Source: a virus. Taken from it: a stretch of 64,000 nt of DNA. The DNA is taken from IMG/VR virus record IMGVR_UViG_3300022562_000354, positions 32,001-96,000 of that record; one strand, written 5' to 3'. Below the pieces are notes generated by a model. The model was not told where the DNA came from, made no database searches, and was given only the letters and a program-made list of their open reading frames with translations. Below, in pieces: positions 60,894-64,000 of this stretch; within the stretch, counting starts at the first letter, position 1; each line of letters begins with the position of its first letter. A program made the position numbers and the translations under genes.

Positions 60894-63800
60894 TCAGCCT
60901 CCCACCGCTAGGAGTTTGATTAGGTTTTTCACGACCTTCTCTTGGTTCTTGATCCGCTCGGAGACGGCACGACCCTGCTTGACCAAAATGCCCTTCTCCA
61001 AGTTGATCCGGGCATCGATCCACGTGAACCTCTTGTCGTAGAGGCGCTCTCCTGAAGCCGTGAGCTTGTCGATCGTAGGCAAACCAGTCGAGTTAACGTA
61101 GGTCTGTCGTGCGAGCACCGTGGTCTCTCGCCCCGTCACGTCCGAAGGTCCAAACCCGAGGGCGAAGTATGAAGAGTCGACGACACCCGGTGGGACCAAG
61201 ACATCTACGGGGGTCGAGAGCAGGTTGGCCCACGTCGAGATCGTCCCGTAGTATTCGTAGGTCGCTTTGCGGACAGCGAAGAGGTCTTTCAACGCCTTCG
61301 CGGACACTCCAAACGTCTTCACAACGCGGAAGGAAACGCCTGCTGGGAAGGCTGCGAACCCAGGGGAGTCGCTGATCTTCAACGTGGTCGCGTCCACGAC
61401 CTCGCTGATTGTGTAGAGCCCCTCGTTCGTTTGAACTTGAGGGAGGTAAACGAGGTCTCCGACCTTTACGCCAGAAGCCAGGAAGTCCACCGAGATCCCG
61501 ACAAGCGTGTCCGAGGCAGTTGCGTTTCCTGTGGCGACGGTCGGACTGAGCCGATCGGTGAACACCTCCGCAAACACACCATCGATCGAGTTGATTTCGC
61601 TGTTTGAGTTGGTGAAGAGGATGCCAGCTTGGGCGGTGGCCGAACCCGAGGAGAGCCCGCTGTAGGTGTTGAGCGAGTTGACGACACGGTAGGCGGCCGG
61701 TGTCGTGGCATCGGAGAAGGCGGCCGTGAGCGTGAGCTGAGTTGCAGAGATCACGGCGGCAACCTGTCGACGCTCAAGCTCCGCACCATGGGCGGGCTCG
61801 GTCAGAACAACCGTGTGCCCGGCCTGTACCCCGTTGCCCGTGAAGTTGGCTCCTGCATCGACGACCGTTGTTCCCGAGATGAACGAAAATGAGCCGGTTT
61901 GAAGCGGGGTGGCCGTCGTCACCAAGAAGTTGAAGCCCGTGTCTGTCACTGAAAACGGGACATCCACTGTGATTGTGCCGGCACCTACAGCCGAAATCCG
62001 CCTGAACTGCGTAAGCCCGTTCGCACCGTCAAGGATGCGAACCAAGTCCCCAACGAGGGGGAGCGGAGCGGCGAAGGTCGCCGTGATGATATCCGCCGTC
62101 CCATTCAACGAGCCTACGGCCGTGAACGGGGGCGTTGTGTACGTCTGAATAGACCCTCCCCCACCCACGTAGGACAGCTCGGTTTGGAGGAGGGTGGGTT
62201 TGGCTCCTGCCTCCGAGGTTGGAGCCACCTCCCTCGTGTACGTGGGGTTGATGAGGGGGAGCCTTTGGTCCCCGTCGTCATCGTAGGGCTGACCAAACAA
62301 CCCCGGTGGGCGAGCCGGCTCGGTGAGCTGGTTGTTGTAGGTGATCCCGGTTTGGAGAAGCTCCTCGCTGTTTGGCGTCTGGACGAGAAGCTCGGTCGCG
62401 ATACCCACAACGGACCCATCAAAGGGAGGGTACGGTGTGACGTAGAGCAGGAAGCCCTTGTCCGCTTCCAGGGAGAGGTCGAACCCAATGCGGTAGCTCT
62501 TGGCGTAGGCCGTGTCCGAGGACGCCAAGTGAACCGTCGCCCCAGCGGGCACGGACCCTGGCAACGGAGTGGTGAAGCCCAGGGTGTTCGCCCCCACGGA
62601 GTTGATCGTCAGAGGCGAGCCTTCGGTCACGATGTAGGACCCGTTCTCGTTCCGAACGACTACCTTCATGCCGGTCGTGAAGGCTTTGCGCAGAGGGCCG
62701 GGCTTCGTCTCTACGGCAGCGGTCGTGTCAACGGTCAGACTGAACGTCCCCGCACCCGCAGCGGTCGTCACACGGGCTCGTGGGAGGCGGCGGAAGGCCG
62801 TAGGGTCGGTTCCCGTGAGCTTCTTGGCCCCGAGGTCTAGGATCTCCGACTTGTCCTCGGCAGACGTGTCCAGACCCCCTGTCGTGTAGTTGTAGGTGAT
62901 CTTGGCGGTTGGGTAGAACCGGCTGGAAGCGCTCGCCTCGTAGGTCTTGAGATAGGTCCCCAGGTACTTAAAGGGGGTGAGAGGAGGGGTGTAGTCGATC
63001 GGAAAGTCCGAGATTTTGAAGCTGTCGTCGATCTGATTGTTCGCGACGGCGAACGAGGAGACGACGGACCCCGTGGTCCCGTCGAACTTGAACCGACCAT
63101 CCCAGTCCCCCACGATACGACCATCCATGTTCTGTAGGATGTCGTCGAGGAAGTTGGTCACATTGTTATAGAATTTCAGGTACTCCCGAGCGAGGAGGTC
63201 TTCGTTGGCGAGCCGCCCTTCAGGGAAGAATAGAGATTCAGCCCCTTTTTGGTAGAGCTTGGGGTCGGCCGAGTTTTCCGTGCGAGGCCCACCCCCACCA
63301 GACGAGGAGTCACTCTTGTACTGGTCCGCGACCTCGGCCTTGTAGTTCGTGATCGTCTCGATGCGGAAGTAGAAGGAATCCGGAGAGTAGGTGGAGAAGT
63401 TGGCGGCGAGCTTCTGGTTGACAAGCCCGTTAGCCTCGTTGGGGGTAACCGCACACGTGTAGGACGCTTTGAGCTGCCCCGGAGTGATGAACTCGTGCTT
63501 CGCGTAGAGGATGGAAAACTCCTCCATGGGGAGCAGCGGGCCTACGAAGGTGAGGTTCCCAGCGTCGTCGATGCTGTAGTCGTCCGGAGTCTTGAGGATG
63601 ACGCCAGGCTGCCCTTCGAGCTGTCGGAAGACCCGGACGTACTCTTGAATCGCCGTGTACGGCGGGGGGATGGCAGGGGACGCCGAGGTCTTGACCTTGA
63701 CTGGAGCGCTCTCGAAAACAGGTCGGACCGAACGTCGCAACACATGACCCGGAGACGTGTACTGACGCGCCGTGGCTTGCGTGAGAGTGACCTCAGTGCG

Positions 63801-64000
63801 GTTCAACGTAGCGTCGTAGGTCGACCCGGAGACGAGGTGAAAGTCATTGACCGTGGGTGACCCACCCGTGAGGTGGAGCACAATACCCGTTTGGTAGATG
63901 TTCGTCAGGTCACCCGCGAGCTTGATCTTGTTCATGCCTCGCGGGATGGGATCGAAGGCGGCCGACTCAACGATGAAGTAGGACGGCAGGAAAGGCAGGG
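60894..64000 (-). CDS. Giant virion/tail protein (5' end lies beyond the window)
   Basis: The frame stays open from ATG 63935 to the window end (LPFLPSYFIVESAAFDPIPRG-MNK), so it is longer than 1013 aa. Has several DFxxxGVxxGD-type modules. Confidence 0.8.
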   Translation of the reverse strand, partial: LPFLPSYFIVESAAFDPIPRGMNKIKLAGDLTNIYQTGIVLHLTGGSPTVNDFHLVSGSTYDATLNRTEVTLTQATARQYTSPGHVLRRSVRPVFESAPVKVKTSASPAIPPPYTAIQEYVRVFRQLEGQPGVILKTPDDYSIDDAGNLTFVGPLLPMEEFSILYAKHEFITPGQLKASYTCAVTPNEANGLVNQKLAANFSTYSPDSFYFRIETITNYKAEVADQYKSDSSSGGGGPRTENSADPKLYQKGAESLFFPEGRLANEDLLAREYLKFYNNVTNFLDDILQNMDGRIVGDWDGRFKFDGTTGSVVSSFAVANNQIDDSFKISDFPIDYTPPLTPFKYLGTYLKTYEASASSRFYPTAKITYNYTTGGLDTSAEDKSEILDLGAKKLTGTDPTAFRRLPRARVTTAAGAGTFSLTVDTTAAVETKPGPLRKAFTTGMKVVVRNENGSYIVTEGSPLTINSVGANTLGFTTPLPGSVPAGATVHLASSDTAYAKSYRIGFDLSLEADKGFLLYVTPYPPFDGSVVGIATELLVQTPNSEELLQTGITYNNQLTEPARPPGLFGQPYDDDGDQRLPLINPTYTREVAPTSEAGAKPTLLQTELSYVGGGGSIQTYTTPPFTAVGSLNGTADIITATFAAPLPLVGDLVRILDGANGLTQFRRISAVGAGTITVDVPFSVTDTGFNFLVTTATPLQTGSFSFISGTTVVDAGANFTGNGVQAGHTVVLTEPAHGAELERRQVAAVISATQLTLTAAFSDATTPAAYRVVNSLNTYSGLSSGSATAQAGILFTNSNSEINSIDGVFAEVFTDRLSPTVATGNATASDTLVGISVDFLASGVKVGDLVYLPQVQTNEGLYTISEVVDATTLKISDSPGFAAFPAGVSFRVVKTFGVSAKALKDLFAVRKATYEYYGTISTWANLLSTPVDVLVPPGVVDSSYFALGFGPSDVTGRETTVLARQTYVNSTGLPTIDKLTASGERLYDKRFTWIDARINLEKGILVKQGRAVSERIKNQEKVVKNLIKLLAVGG

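Noticed and set aside
19769-64000. Bacterial eCIS or tailocin locus instead of a phage
   Set aside because: It is contiguous and co-oriented with a phage-type replication module and a lysis-like cassette, with no host housekeeping context.
1-64000. Stop-codon reassignment, tRNAs, CRISPR arrays, introns or inteins
   Set aside because: Standard-code genes tile the window using TAA, TAG and TGA; intergenic gaps are too short; no intein or intron signature was seen in polA, dnaB, SNF2 or thyA. Checked by eye only.

Overview
About 60% GC (estimated by eye), densely coded, with every credible gene on the minus strand. This is a fragment of a large tailed dsDNA phage genome, probably a contractile-tailed jumbo phage of a Gram-negative host; a Myxococcota-like host is plausible but unproven. 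In transcription order (high to low coordinates) there are four modules. (1) 64,000-19,464: a virion module with gp25-like, baseplate J-like and wedge proteins, several giant fibre/adhesin proteins (>1,000-2,421 aa), two DUF6519/DUF4815-like fibre paralogues, and a tandem array of ~405-aa paralogues with small Cys-containing partners. (2) 19,418-17,765: a lysis-like membrane cassette (holin-like, single-TM protein, secreted beta-barrel protein). (3) 17,746-8,065: replication genes (SNF2 helicase, degenerate DnaC-like loader, DnaB, stand-alone primase Zn finger, family A DNA polymerase). (4) 8,037-1: a DUF2997/DUF1257/Ycf46-AAA trio, a possible divergent capsid-protein paralogue, a 5'-deoxynucleotidase, a RecA-fold protein with a K-to-R Walker A, thyA, an HNH endonuclease remnant, HU and DHFR. 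The ORF track misses DHFR (<1-242), the HNH remnant (1074-1253), a 52-aa ORF (4204-4362) and the DUF2997-like gene (7858-8037). Two candidate promoter classes divide the window by module: CGGTGTA precedes non-structural genes, and a TTTTAT-like motif precedes structural and lysis genes. No tRNA, rRNA, CRISPR array, integrase or reverse transcriptase was seen. All family assignments come from motif recognition, not database searches.
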